Position numbers and translations under genes: made by a program. A DNA stretch of 64,000 bases from an uncultured Chthonomonadaceae bacterium (GTDB lineage: Bacteria; Armatimonadota; Chthonomonadetes; Chthonomonadales; Chthonomonadaceae): assembly GCA_963817895.1 (NCBI GenBank), contig CAWFQB010000008.1:1-64000 (forward strand), read 5' to 3'. Numbering within the stretch: position 1 is the stretch's first letter; every line of letters begins with the position of its first letter. Below the pieces are notes generated by a model. The model saw only the letters and a program-made list of their open reading frames with translations. It had not been told where the DNA came from and made no database searches. This document shows, piece after piece, positions 19,458-28,413 of the stretch.

Positions 19458-20495
19458 CTATCTCGTCAGCGTTACTTTCGATAATCCGCGCGGCTTGTCG
19501 GGGTTCTGGCCGCGCGCGTGGGCGAGATGGAAAGCCCATAATTGCCCCGGCACGATATACAGCAGGGGACTGAGCAGTTCGTCGCAATCCACAGGGATAT
19601 GCAGGGGGCGCTGCGCCATTTCCAGCGCCTCATGCGAACGGGCGACTACAATCATCTCGGCTGCGCGTTCCCGTAGTTTCAGGGCCAGTTCCAGCATCAT
19701 GGGGTAGGCCCGTCCGTCCGGCACGTACAAAAAGCACGGAAACCCTTCGCCCACAATAGCTATCGGGCCGTGCAGAAAGTCCGCGCCGCTATAGGACTTG
19801 GCTACGAGGTAACTGGTTTCCGTCATTTTCAGGGCGGCTTCCAGCGCGGTCGCGTGATTTAGCCCGCGCGCCAGTACCGCGCACTCGTTTATGTACCGAT
19901 ACCGCTCTACAGCCTGCGCGATCTCGTCATCCAGATTCAGCACACTGCGCATCTGTTCGGGAATCAGTTTCAAGCCGTTCAGCAGGCTGCTCCGGTTGGC
20001 CCACTGCCCCGCCAGCAGCGCGACAAGGGCAAGCGCGGTGGTATACGTTTTGGTGGCGGCAACCGCTTTTTCTTCCCCGGCATGGCACAGCAGAACGTGG
20101 TCGCTGACATGGGTAATGGGCGAGTCAGCGACATTGGTGATGCAGGCGGTCAAGGCGCCGGTTGCCCGCGCGGTGGAAAGCGTTTGTACCACGTCCGTTG
20201 CCTGTCCCGACTGCGAAATGCCAATCATCAGGCAGCCGCCCAATTGCACTTTGGCGTCATAGAGCGTATAAACAGAGGGCGCGGCAAGGGAAACGGGAAC
20301 GCCGCACACGATTTCGAGCAGGTATTTGGCATACGTGGCGGCGTTGTCGGACGTGCCGCGCGCCGCGATTATGACGTGCCGAATGTCGCGTTCGCGCAGT
20401 TCGGACACCAGCCGGGACACATTGGCGTATTCCTGCTCCACCGCCGACGCAATCGCCTGCGGCTGCTCATAGATTTCATCCAGCATCAACGCCAT
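19458..20495 (-). CDS. Double SIS-domain sugar-phosphate isomerase/deaminase (GlmS isomerase-like)
   Basis: EIYEQP, ARGTSDNA, ISQSG, EAALKMTE, HGP, NPDKPRGLSKVT. Confidence 0.9.
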   Translation of the reverse strand: MALMLDEIYEQPQAIASAVEQEYANVSRLVSELRERDIRHVIIAARGTSDNAATYAKYLLEIVCGVPVSLAAPSVYTLYDAKVQLGGCLMIGISQSGQATDVVQTLSTARATGALTACITNVADSPITHVSDHVLLCHAGEEKAVAATKTYTTALALVALLAGQWANRSSLLNGLKLIPEQMRSVLNLDDEIAQAVERYRYINECAVLARGLNHATALEAALKMTETSYLVAKSYSGADFLHGPIAIVGEGFPCFLYVPDGRAYPMMLELALKLRERAAEMIVVARSHEALEMAQRPLHIPVDCDELLSPLLYIVPGQLWAFHLAHARGQNPDKPRGLSKVTLTR

Positions 20496-20526
20496 TAGCC
20501 TGTACGCTTTCCATTAAGAACGAAGT

Positions 20527-20558
20527 TAGCCGCGAATGAACGCGAATAGACGCGAATA
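20527..20558 (+). repeat. Solo 10-nt tandem array TAGC(CGCGAATGAA)~3
   Basis: Same unit as the GxxExxY terminal repeats. Confidence 0.85.
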
Positions 20559-20567
20559 AGATGTCGG

Positions 20568-21809
20568 TTAAAAGCCGTCGGCTCCGTAGTAGACACAGGC
20601 TTGTGGTGGGAACAGGACATTCAGAAGTACGCGCGTTTCTGATTGTGCTGTTACCTGCTCCGGCATTTGCAATCCGAACAGCAGGCCGAACAGGGCGGAT
20701 TGCGGCAATAATTCTTCCCCCATAGTTGGTGTTTCCACGGACGAAACGCGCAGGAACGCGCCCGTCGCATCCAATTTAACCGCGCCGTAGGGAGTGGCGA
20801 ACGTCACGCTTCCGAGCGGCTGTTGTCCGGTTTGCCAGTGGTCGTTCAGGCCCATTGTCAGGCTGCGTAACAGGTTATCGAGATGCAGCAGTCGCGCCAT
20901 GCCGCTTGTTCGCGTCGCCTGTTCCGGTTCCACAACGATATTTTTAAATGCCTGCCGTACCGGTGGGGTCAGCGCGATTTGTAATCTCAAGCCTGTTCCG
21001 CCGGTGGCAAGCGTTTCCGTTGCTACGGCTCCCAATAGATCGCTTGTTACTTCATTTTCTTCTATCGCGTTCAACCCGCCCCGCGTTCCAAACTCGATGA
21101 TGCTTGCGCCAACCTCGTCCGGGCTGTACGGAATCGCGCTTTTGAATACGCCCGTATTCACGTAACCAACAACATGTCCGTCGGGTTCCACTGCTGTCAG
21201 CAAAGTATCGGGAATATGCTCCGCGTCAACGTTCATCCAGTCGCGCCAGTAGCTCGAAGTCCGCTGCACAGCAATCGGGCGATGGCGGTTATAGTCGTCG
21301 TAACACGCTTGTATTCCGCTCAAATCGCCTGCGACAGCGCGGCGAATGGTATACTTTGCGACAGAAGGCGTGAAGTCGGAACGGATTACGCCCGACAGCC
21401 ATGCCTGCTCCAGTGTCTCAAACCCGTGCCGCGCGTAATACTCGTGGATGCCCGTGAACAGGAGGGAGAAATCCATCGCGTCGGCTTCCATTATGGCAAT
21501 CGCGCTTTGCAGGCATTGCGTATTGTACCCCCGGCCCCGATATTCCGGCAGCGTCGCCACGTTTGCGATGCCGCCCATCGTCAACCGGGCGTCGCCACAG
21601 GCCACGATTCGCTTGCAAATCTGTACCGCGCTGACGATTTTACCGTCCAGAACCCCGACCTGCGTGTAGTACGGCAGCCACTCCACATCGCCATAAAAGT
21701 AGCGGCGAAAATAGGCCGGGCTGCCTTCGCCCGGCCACACCGCGCACCACAGGTTCAGGCACTCCTCACGCTCCTCCGCCCGAACCGCCCGAACCAAAAA
21801 CTCAGCCAT
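20568..21809 (-). CDS. GNAT acetyltransferase (Eis-like)
   Basis: GGIANVATLPEYRGRG, YYARHGF; Eis-like length and C-terminus. Confidence 0.85.
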   Translation of the reverse strand: MAEFLVRAVRAEEREECLNLWCAVWPGEGSPAYFRRYFYGDVEWLPYYTQVGVLDGKIVSAVQICKRIVACGDARLTMGGIANVATLPEYRGRGYNTQCLQSAIAIMEADAMDFSLLFTGIHEYYARHGFETLEQAWLSGVIRSDFTPSVAKYTIRRAVAGDLSGIQACYDDYNRHRPIAVQRTSSYWRDWMNVDAEHIPDTLLTAVEPDGHVVGYVNTGVFKSAIPYSPDEVGASIIEFGTRGGLNAIEENEVTSDLLGAVATETLATGGTGLRLQIALTPPVRQAFKNIVVEPEQATRTSGMARLLHLDNLLRSLTMGLNDHWQTGQQPLGSVTFATPYGAVKLDATGAFLRVSSVETPTMGEELLPQSALFGLLFGLQMPEQVTAQSETRVLLNVLFPPQACVYYGADGF

Positions 21810-21846
21810 TACCGCGCTCCAATGCAAAGTTCACCACCTGCCTGCG

Positions 21847-22068
21847 GCTAGAGACATAGAGACACAGAGGAAAAACCGATACGAGGAAAGGAGAGACGAA
21901 CCGCAAAGGGGCAAAGGAACACAAAGAACTACAAAGAGAAAGGAGTGTTAAGAGAAGAGCCAGTCTTACCGTAAACTCTTGTTGTTCTTGTTGAATTCTC
22001 TTTGCGTCCCTTTGCCCCTTTGCGATTCGTTTGTTTCTCTTCTCTTGTTCTTTCTCTGTGTCTCTAGC
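21847..22068. repeat. Nested inverted tandem repeats (outer CACAGAGA-type, inner GCAAAGG-type)
   Basis: GCTAGAGACATAGAG.../...CTCTGTGTCTCTAGC and CGAACCGCAAAGGGGCAAAGG/CCTTTGCCCCTTTGCGATTCG. Confidence 0.8.
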
Positions 22069-22085
22069 GTAGCGGGTGGTTTATT

Positions 22086-22877
22086 TTATCCTCTTGCGCC
22101 TTTGGCCGCGTCCGCCACTGCTGCCGCGACTTTGAGGTTGGCGTTCACGGCGTCCCAATCTATCACCTGAAAGAAGGCGTCAATGTATTTGGCGCGGGCG
22201 GTCTGGAAGTCCAGCCAGTAGGCGTGTTCATACACATCGAGGCCAAGAATGGGCGTGGCGTGCCAGACGGGGAAAGCGTTTTGGGCGTCGCCGATGTAGT
22301 TGAACAGGCTGCCGTCCGTGTGGTCGTGCGCGAGCCACACCCAACCGCGCGCGGCAATGCCCGTCGCTTTTAGGTCGGCTTTCCAGTTGGCGTAGCTGCC
22401 AAACGCGCTTTTAATCAGGTCGCCTGCCATGCCGGTCGGTTCGCCGCCGTTTCCGCCAAGATGCCCGAAGTACAGTTCGTGGTTCTTCACGCCGCCGAGC
22501 GCGAAACTATATTCTACTTTCAGTTCGCGAATGTCGCTGTAGGTGGCATTGGCTTTAGTCGGATCGGGAACGCCCAATCCGGCCAGTTTGGTTCGGATTT
22601 CGTTGACCTTGTTGACGTAGCCCACATACAGTTTGTAATGCTCATCATGGGTTTTGCGGCTGATGCCGAATTTTTCCGTGTTATACACCTTCTGCGGCAG
22701 GGGTTTGGCGGTTATCATGGCGGGCGTGCTGCCTTTGGCGGGCGCGTCCTGCGCGTCTGCCGGGTACAAAACGCCCGATGCGCCTAATGCGGTCAGACTT
22801 GCCGCGCCCAGTGTCAGGAAGCGGCGGCGGTCAACGCCATTGGTTTCCTGTGTGTCTTGCTCGTTTTCAAGGCTCAT
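22086..22877 (-). CDS. Fe/Mn superoxide dismutase with Tat signal
   Basis: DRRRFL twin-arginine; metal ligands EHYKLY, NHELYF, DVYEHAYW. Confidence 0.9.
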   Translation of the reverse strand: MSLENEQDTQETNGVDRRRFLTLGAASLTALGASGVLYPADAQDAPAKGSTPAMITAKPLPQKVYNTEKFGISRKTHDEHYKLYVGYVNKVNEIRTKLAGLGVPDPTKANATYSDIRELKVEYSFALGGVKNHELYFGHLGGNGGEPTGMAGDLIKSAFGSYANWKADLKATGIAARGWVWLAHDHTDGSLFNYIGDAQNAFPVWHATPILGLDVYEHAYWLDFQTARAKYIDAFFQVIDWDAVNANLKVAAAVADAAKGARG

Positions 22878-22912
22878 GTTTTTGATCTCCCTTAAAGAGC
22901 GTCTCTCGATTG

Positions 22913-23092
22913 GCCGGGTACAAAGAACGTACCCGTCTGTGTGGCGTTCCGCCAGGCGTCCTTCGGACGCAAATGCAGCATCCCTGTAGAGCACAGGCGC
23001 TTACAGTGGACGCTTTTGAACATAGCGCAAAGCCACGTCCAAAGGACGTTAACGCGAAGGCTACTCAGACGGGTACGTTCTTTGTACCCGGC
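22913..23092. repeat. REP-doublet/MITE-like element with 27-bp perfect inverted repeats
   Basis: GCCGGGTACAAAGAACGTACCCGTCTG at 22913-22939 and its reverse complement at 23066-23092; inner hairpins GCGTCCTTCGGACGC/ACGTCCAAAGGACGT. Confidence 0.88.
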
Positions 23093-23143
23093 AACGCAAT
23101 CGTTCAATGTTCTACTGAAATACTGTTAAGCGTGGTACTTCGT

Positions 23144-24444
23144 TCAGCCTACTTTGTTCAAATCCTGCGGGTCTATGGCGTCGGGGGAGTGATCCGTCAG
23201 CATGGCGCGGCGCAAACGGCGCATTACTCGGCCCGATACATCCTTGAAGTTCAGATCGCCCGCCAGCAGGCGCGTGGCCGTGCGCGTGGCGGCGGGACGC
23301 TTCACGCCATGCCTGTAGATGAAACCGGGCCACTGGTAAAACACTTTCGCCAGTTTCAGCGCGGCATCGAAATTGGTTTTGAACTCGTCCCGTATGGCGC
23401 GGGTGTAGCCCGCTTGATTGTTTGCCAGAATACAGTTTGCCGCAATCTGTCCACTTTTCAGGGCGTGAAGGATGCCGTCCCCGAAAAATGGATTGATTAA
23501 TCCCGCCGCGTCGCCCGCCAGCAGAACGCGGTTGTCGCGGGTTTGCAGCGTATCCATGCCGTCCCAGATCGGCAGCGGGTGCGCGTAAAAGGTGAGTTCC
23601 ACTTCAGTTTTAGGTACTTCCAGCAGTTGCAGGTAGTCGAGAATGGCGCGGCGCAGTTCATCCCGAACCGAATTATCGCCCCTGCCCTGTTCGCCGCGTG
23701 GACGGAACACGCCCGCGCCGACGTTAAGATGGTCACTTTTGGGGAACACCCACGCATAGCCGCGCTTCACCGCCCCGTATTCCAGATGGCACACGTCCGG
23801 GCGCAGGTCGGCATGACCATCCCCCCACGTATGCGGCACTTCGGCTTCAATGGCAATCGCAAGGGCGCGTTCCCGCCGCAATCCAACGGTTTTCGCCACA
23901 ATGCCGTTCGCGCCGTCCGCGCCAATCACGGTATCGGCGGTTGCTTCCCAATTAGTCGGCGCGGTTCCGGTTCCCCGGCCCTCCGCCCGAACCACAACCG
24001 GCTTGTTTCCATTCCGATTTCCAGCGTTTTCACCGCAAGCCCGTCCCGCAATTCCGCGCCCGCGCTTGCCGCCCGTTGCGCCAGAGCATTGTCGAATACG
24101 GATCGCCGCACCATCCAAAGCGACAACTGCCGCCCCTCGCCCGCGCTGCCTGCATCGCCCGTATCCCCCATATTCATCGGCGCGAGATATGGGTCTTCAA
24201 AATTGAAAGTGTGGCGCATCCAGCGCGTATCGGCCTCGACAAATGCTTCGGGCGCAAGATCGCGCATAGTATCCAGACCAAGCACCTGCGAAACCACCAT
24301 CGGCATCCCGCCGCCGCAAGTTTTATGGCGCGGCAGAACCTGCTTTTCCAGCAACGCGACGGTTTTGCCCGCCCGCGCCAATTCATACGCGGCGACATTC
24401 CCCGCCGGTCCCGCCCCTACCACAATCACATCGTAATGCTTCAT
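23144..24444 (-). CDS. Geranylgeranyl reductase family FAD oxidoreductase, frameshift at about 24012
   Basis: VVGAGPAG, PRHKTCGGG, IGADGANG, GYAWVFPK, LAGDAAGLINPFFGDGI. Confidence 0.9.
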
Positions 24445-24458
24445 AAGTCAAATAAGGA

Positions 24459-24740
24459 ACCGCGAAACACGCGAAACACGCGAAAAAGAACGCTGCAAAA
24501 ATGTCCGTTTGAAAAACGAGTGTCCCATTATAGCACAAGGTTCGCTTAACCGGCATATAAAATGCCGGTTAAGCAGACCTGCGGCCAACCGTCCTGCGGA
24601 CGAGCAAACGCTTCTGTTTATAAGCCGTAATGCCCTGTTACCCGAATGTCCTCTGCTTTTTGTTCCTTTTTCGTTTATTTCGCATATTTCGCGGTTTATT
24701 TCTCCTCTTCTCCTTTTCTCCTTTTCTCCTTTTCTTCCTC
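24459..24740. repeat. Inverted pair of 9-nt repeats (ACGCGAAAC) with an internal 13-bp palindrome and an adjacent (TTTTCTCC)n array
   Basis: AACCGCGAAACACGCGAAACACGCGAAA at 24459; complementary TTTCGCATATTTCGCGGTT near 24678-24696; GCTTAACCGGCAT/ATGCCGGTTAAGC at 24544-24574. Confidence 0.82.
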
Positions 24741-26441
24741 TCCGATTCGTTTCCACACCCGAACTCCGCTGCCGTTCGGGTCGGTCCAGACGGGCTGCCA
24801 TTTGTCGCCATACTCGCGCAGGTAGTTGTCAAAGATTTGGCGGCTTGGTGGGACGCCCCATTGCCACGAGTCCTGAAGCAGATAGCGGACATGATGGGGC
24901 GCGATATACGCTTTTTCCTGCGCCCGCGCGCTGGTGGTGGGTTCCAGTTGCGCGGTAACGTTACCTGCATACAGGTGCAGCAGGTATTGCGGCTTGCCCA
25001 TGACAATTTGGCGCGGGTTGGAGTTTTGGCGCAGCCATGCGCAGGCAGCGTAAAACCCGGCCTCGTCGCGATTTCTGCCGAAGTCGTAACCGGCCAGTGT
25101 CGGACGATGCTCCTGCCGTATCACGCGCCAATGCACATTGGCAAAGTAGATGAGCAGCGCGGCGATACCAATAGTTTGTACGGCGGTTACAACTGTCGCA
25201 TTGGAACGCTTTTGCAGCCATTCGGACGCCTGCTCCACGCCGAGCATCAGGAACAGAATCATAAACGGGATCAGCGGAACCAGAAACCGCGCGTTTTGCC
25301 AGGGCCACATCGCCGCCACAAACCAGAACAGTATGCTGAATCCGACGGACAACTTCATGCCGCGCTTCCACGCTTCACGGATACCCACGAACATCAGCAG
25401 CGTAAGTGGCACGGCTATTATATAGAAAAGCGCCAGCCAGACGGTGCGCGGCGGAGCCATCATGTACAGCGAAGTCCGGGGTATCAGGCCGATATAGGTG
25501 GGCAGGCCGAACTTCATGCGCGACAAAATTCCGCGCGCATTGAGCGGTATGCGTCCCGCGTCCGCCTGCATCGGGTTTTTCAGCGTGAATTGGTCTACGT
25601 AACTGGAATAGCGTATTTCCGGGTGCGCCTTCACGATATGCGAGTTGCGCTTCAGCCACCCGCCTACCACAAGCAGCGTCACCAGCAATGCCCCCATCCC
25701 CCACTTCCACCCGAACCGCTTCCAAAACCAAACAATTTGCGCCAGCAGAAGGGCGATGCCGGAGGTTCGCATGAGGAAGGCCGTTGCTGCGCAGAGGAGA
25801 GAAAAGGAGATTTTAGATGGGGGTTGATGGTTGATAGTTGAAAGAGACTCCTCTCCTTCTTGTACCTCCTTTTCTCCTTTTCTCCTTTTCTCCTTTTCTC
25901 CTTTTCTTTCTACTAAAACAACCGACGCCAGACACAAAAACAGCAACGGCATTTCCGACATGACTTCGTTGGCGTAGGAGATCAGGGAGGGACAGGTAGC
26001 GGCGAAAAGCAGACCGGCGGCAATATAGCGGTTGGGCAGTCGGGCGCGTTTCAGGAGAGCATACAGCATGGGCAGTGTGCCGAGCAGCAGGGCCAGCAAT
26101 GTCAGTTTGACGGGAAGAATCACGCCCATTGCGTCCCGCCCCGTTATCCGCATCCAAAAAGCAATGATGGCGGGGAAACCGGGCGGGTACAGCGTGTCGA
26201 GCGGCTGCCGAACGTCATTGAGTAGCCGTAAATCGCCGGTACGCGCCAGCGACTCGCCCAAAACCATATAACGCCCGGAGTCGTTGGCGACATTGAGATA
26301 CGGCGTCCATTGCAGCAGCCACAGTATGACAATAATTGCGCCACACAAAGCAAACAAAAATAGCCGCGAATGAACGCGAATGAACGCGAATATAGATGCA
26401 AAGGATTTAGAAATGAAAGGCAACTCGTTTCCATTCGACAT
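24696..26441 (-). CDS. Polytopic membrane glycosyltransferase (GT-C/ArnT/PMT-like); start uncertain
   Basis: NDSGRY...YPPGFP, VMSEMP, many TM segments, RFLVPLIP; contains in-frame repeat-derived peptides. Confidence 0.75.
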   Translation of the reverse strand: MSNGNELPFISKSFASIFAFIRVHSRLFLFALCGAIIVILWLLQWTPYLNVANDSGRYMVLGESLARTGDLRLLNDVRQPLDTLYPPGFPAIIAFWMRITGRDAMGVILPVKLTLLALLLGTLPMLYALLKRARLPNRYIAAGLLFAATCPSLISYANEVMSEMPLLFLCLASVVLVERKGEKEKRRKGEKEVQEGEESLSTINHQPPSKISFSLLCAATAFLMRTSGIALLLAQIVWFWKRFGWKWGMGALLVTLLVVGGWLKRNSHIVKAHPEIRYSSYVDQFTLKNPMQADAGRIPLNARGILSRMKFGLPTYIGLIPRTSLYMMAPPRTVWLALFYIIAVPLTLLMFVGIREAWKRGMKLSVGFSILFWFVAAMWPWQNARFLVPLIPFMILFLMLGVEQASEWLQKRSNATVVTAVQTIGIAALLIYFANVHWRVIRQEHRPTLAGYDFGRNRDEAGFYAACAWLRQNSNPRQIVMGKPQYLLHLYAGNVTAQLEPTTSARAQEKAYIAPHHVRYLLQDSWQWGVPPSRQIFDNYLREYGDKWQPVWTDPNGSGVRVWKRIGEEEKEKRRKGEEEK

Positions 26442-26865
26442 GGGGATTTTGAAAGTTGACCAGCATAGCAAGAGTGCGGTTGGTGGCGCGCAGGTAATTC
26501 AAGCACTGCGCAATGTGTATGTTGGTTAGAGACGAAACACACTTCAACTCCACAATCAGTTTACCTTCAACCAGCACATCCGCGAAATACTCGCCAATCA
26601 TTTCGCCTTTGTACTCCACTTGAATGGGAACTTGCGCCTCCGCTTTCAGGCCTCGCGTCTGCAATTCCTTCACCAGAGCGCGTTCATAGAGTTTTTCCAG
26701 AAACCCCGCGCCAAGCACGTTAGAAACTTCAAACACTGCTCCAACAGTTTCTCGAAACAGCCTATCCAACTCCTGCCGCTCTTTCTGTCGGGCGCTACCA
26801 TATCTGCTTCCATTGGTTTCCTCCTCATCCCATTCGCGTTCATTCGCGTTCATTCGCGGCTATTT
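26358..26865. mobile_element. GxxExxY gene unit bounded by perfect 34-bp terminal inverted repeats made of a 10-nt tandem unit
   Basis: AAATAGCCGCGAATGAACGCGAATGAACGCGAAT at 26358-26391 is the reverse complement of 26832-26865. Confidence 0.75.
26407..26853 (-). CDS. GxxExxY protein (PD-(D/E)XK nuclease superfamily, PDDEXK_3)
   Basis: LGAGFLEKLYERAL, ADVLVEGKLIVELK, QCLNYL, LVNF. Confidence 0.93.
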   Translation of the reverse strand: MNANEREWDEEETNGSRYGSARQKERQELDRLFRETVGAVFEVSNVLGAGFLEKLYERALVKELQTRGLKAEAQVPIQVEYKGEMIGEYFADVLVEGKLIVELKCVSSLTNIHIAQCLNYLRATNRTLAMLVNFQNPHVEWKRVAFHF

Positions 26866-26887
26866 CCTTTCTGTGCTTTGCATCAGG

Positions 26888-28303
26888 CTACCAGTCCATG
26901 ACCGAGCCGTCGGCGCGACGGGTGTTGGGCAGGTAGGCGCGTTTGTACGGATAGCGTTTTGCCGCTTCTTCGTTGACATCCACGCCCAACCCGGGCGCGT
27001 CCGACACGTTGAGATAGCCGTTGTGGAAAGTGGGCGCGCCGGGTAGGACTTCGTGAACCGCGTCGGAAAACAGGACCATCTCCTGAACGCCGAAGTTGGG
27101 AATAGCAAGGTCTACGTGAACATTGGCGGCGTGCATGGCAGGGCCGATGTCGCCCGGTCCGTGCCACGCGGTTTGAATATAGTAACATTCGGCAATGGCG
27201 GCGATCTTTTTGGCTTCCGTAATGCCGCCGATGTGTCCCAAATCGCAGCGAATAAAATCTATGAGTTGTTCGGTCAGCAGGGGCAGGCAGTCCCATTTGG
27301 TATGAAACAGTTCGCCCATTGCCAGCGGGGTTGTCGTGTGCTGCCGAATCAGCCGGAAGCTCTCTTTATGTTCGGGGCGCAGGCAGTCTTCCAGAAAGAA
27401 CAGGTGGTACGGTTCCAGTTCCCGCGCCAGCCGAGCCGCCTGTATGGGCGTCAATCGCTCATGCACATCATGGAACAGTTCAATCTCCTCCCCTAACTTA
27501 TCCCGCAGATGCGCGAACAGACGGGGAATCGTCCGCAAGTACGGCCCCGGCTCCCAAGTCTCTATCTGTGGCATCGGCCCACCATCACCGGAGGTGATAA
27601 AGGATGAGGGATGTGTCCTTCCCTGCGGGTGGACGCCCGGGACGAGGGATAAATTGGATTGTCTCTCCTCTTCTACTTTTCTCCTTTTCTCCTTTTCTTC
27701 CCCTTCCGGTGACGGGGAAGCCGACTCGCCCTGCGTTTCTGCCGGGTCGCGGGGTTCGGGGAGGGATTGAGAAGGTGGGGCGCTCCAGGTGGCGGACGCG
27801 GCTTCTCTGGCTCCGCCTACGCCATACGTTCCCACTGTGCCGGGAATGGCGACCTGCGCGCGAACCACTTTGAAGCCCCGTTCCATGCACTGCCGGACGC
27901 TGTCTTCCACTTCCGCGAAATCGCGCCCGCCCGCATGGGTGTAGGCCAATGCGCCTGTTCGCGTTCTGCCGCCGAGAAGGGAGTAGACGGGAAGACCGGC
28001 GCGTTTGCCCTTGATGTCCCACAGGGCAATATCAATTCCGGCAAGCGCGGTCATCAGAACGGGGCCGCCGCGCCAGTAGGTTCCCCGGAACAGCATTTGC
28101 CAGATGTCTTCAATCTGGTCGGGGTCGCGCCCGATGAGCAGGGGCGCGATATGTTCGGTCAGGGCAGACGCGACGGCAAGTTCGCGCCCGTTGAGCGTGG
28201 CGTCCCCCACTCCATACAGGCCGGGTTCATCCGTCAGGATTTTCACGACGACATAGTTGCGGGTAGGACAGGTGACAATCACGCGCACATCAGTTATTTT
28301 CAT
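26888..28303 (-). CDS. D-mannonate dehydratase (ManD/RspA subgroup, enolase superfamily) with an in-frame loop insertion
   Basis: VTCPTRNYV, GVGDATLNGRELAV, YWRGGPV, HDVHERLTP, FFLED, HGPGD, NFGVQE, RADGSVMDW. Confidence 0.88.
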   Translation of the reverse strand: MKITDVRVIVTCPTRNYVVVKILTDEPGLYGVGDATLNGRELAVASALTEHIAPLLIGRDPDQIEDIWQMLFRGTYWRGGPVLMTALAGIDIALWDIKGKRAGLPVYSLLGGRTRTGALAYTHAGGRDFAEVEDSVRQCMERGFKVVRAQVAIPGTVGTYGVGGAREAASATWSAPPSQSLPEPRDPAETQGESASPSPEGEEKEKRRKVEEERQSNLSLVPGVHPQGRTHPSSFITSGDGGPMPQIETWEPGPYLRTIPRLFAHLRDKLGEEIELFHDVHERLTPIQAARLARELEPYHLFFLEDCLRPEHKESFRLIRQHTTTPLAMGELFHTKWDCLPLLTEQLIDFIRCDLGHIGGITEAKKIAAIAECYYIQTAWHGPGDIGPAMHAANVHVDLAIPNFGVQEMVLFSDAVHEVLPGAPTFHNGYLNVSDAPGLGVDVNEEAAKRYPYKRAYLPNTRRADGSVMDW

Positions 28304-28323
28304 GAGATAATGGCTCCATTGAC

Positions 28324-28358
28324 AAAAAACAGGCTGAAATTTCTTACGTTTCAGCCTG
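28324..28358 (-). terminator. Intrinsic terminator after the XRE regulator
   Basis: CAGGCTGAAA...TTTCAGCCTG stem followed by T6 on the minus strand. Confidence 0.6.
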
Positions 28359-28413
28359 ATTCATCATTTATGGAGTTTTTACCTGCTCAATCTCTCCACG
28401 ATTGGCGTATGCT

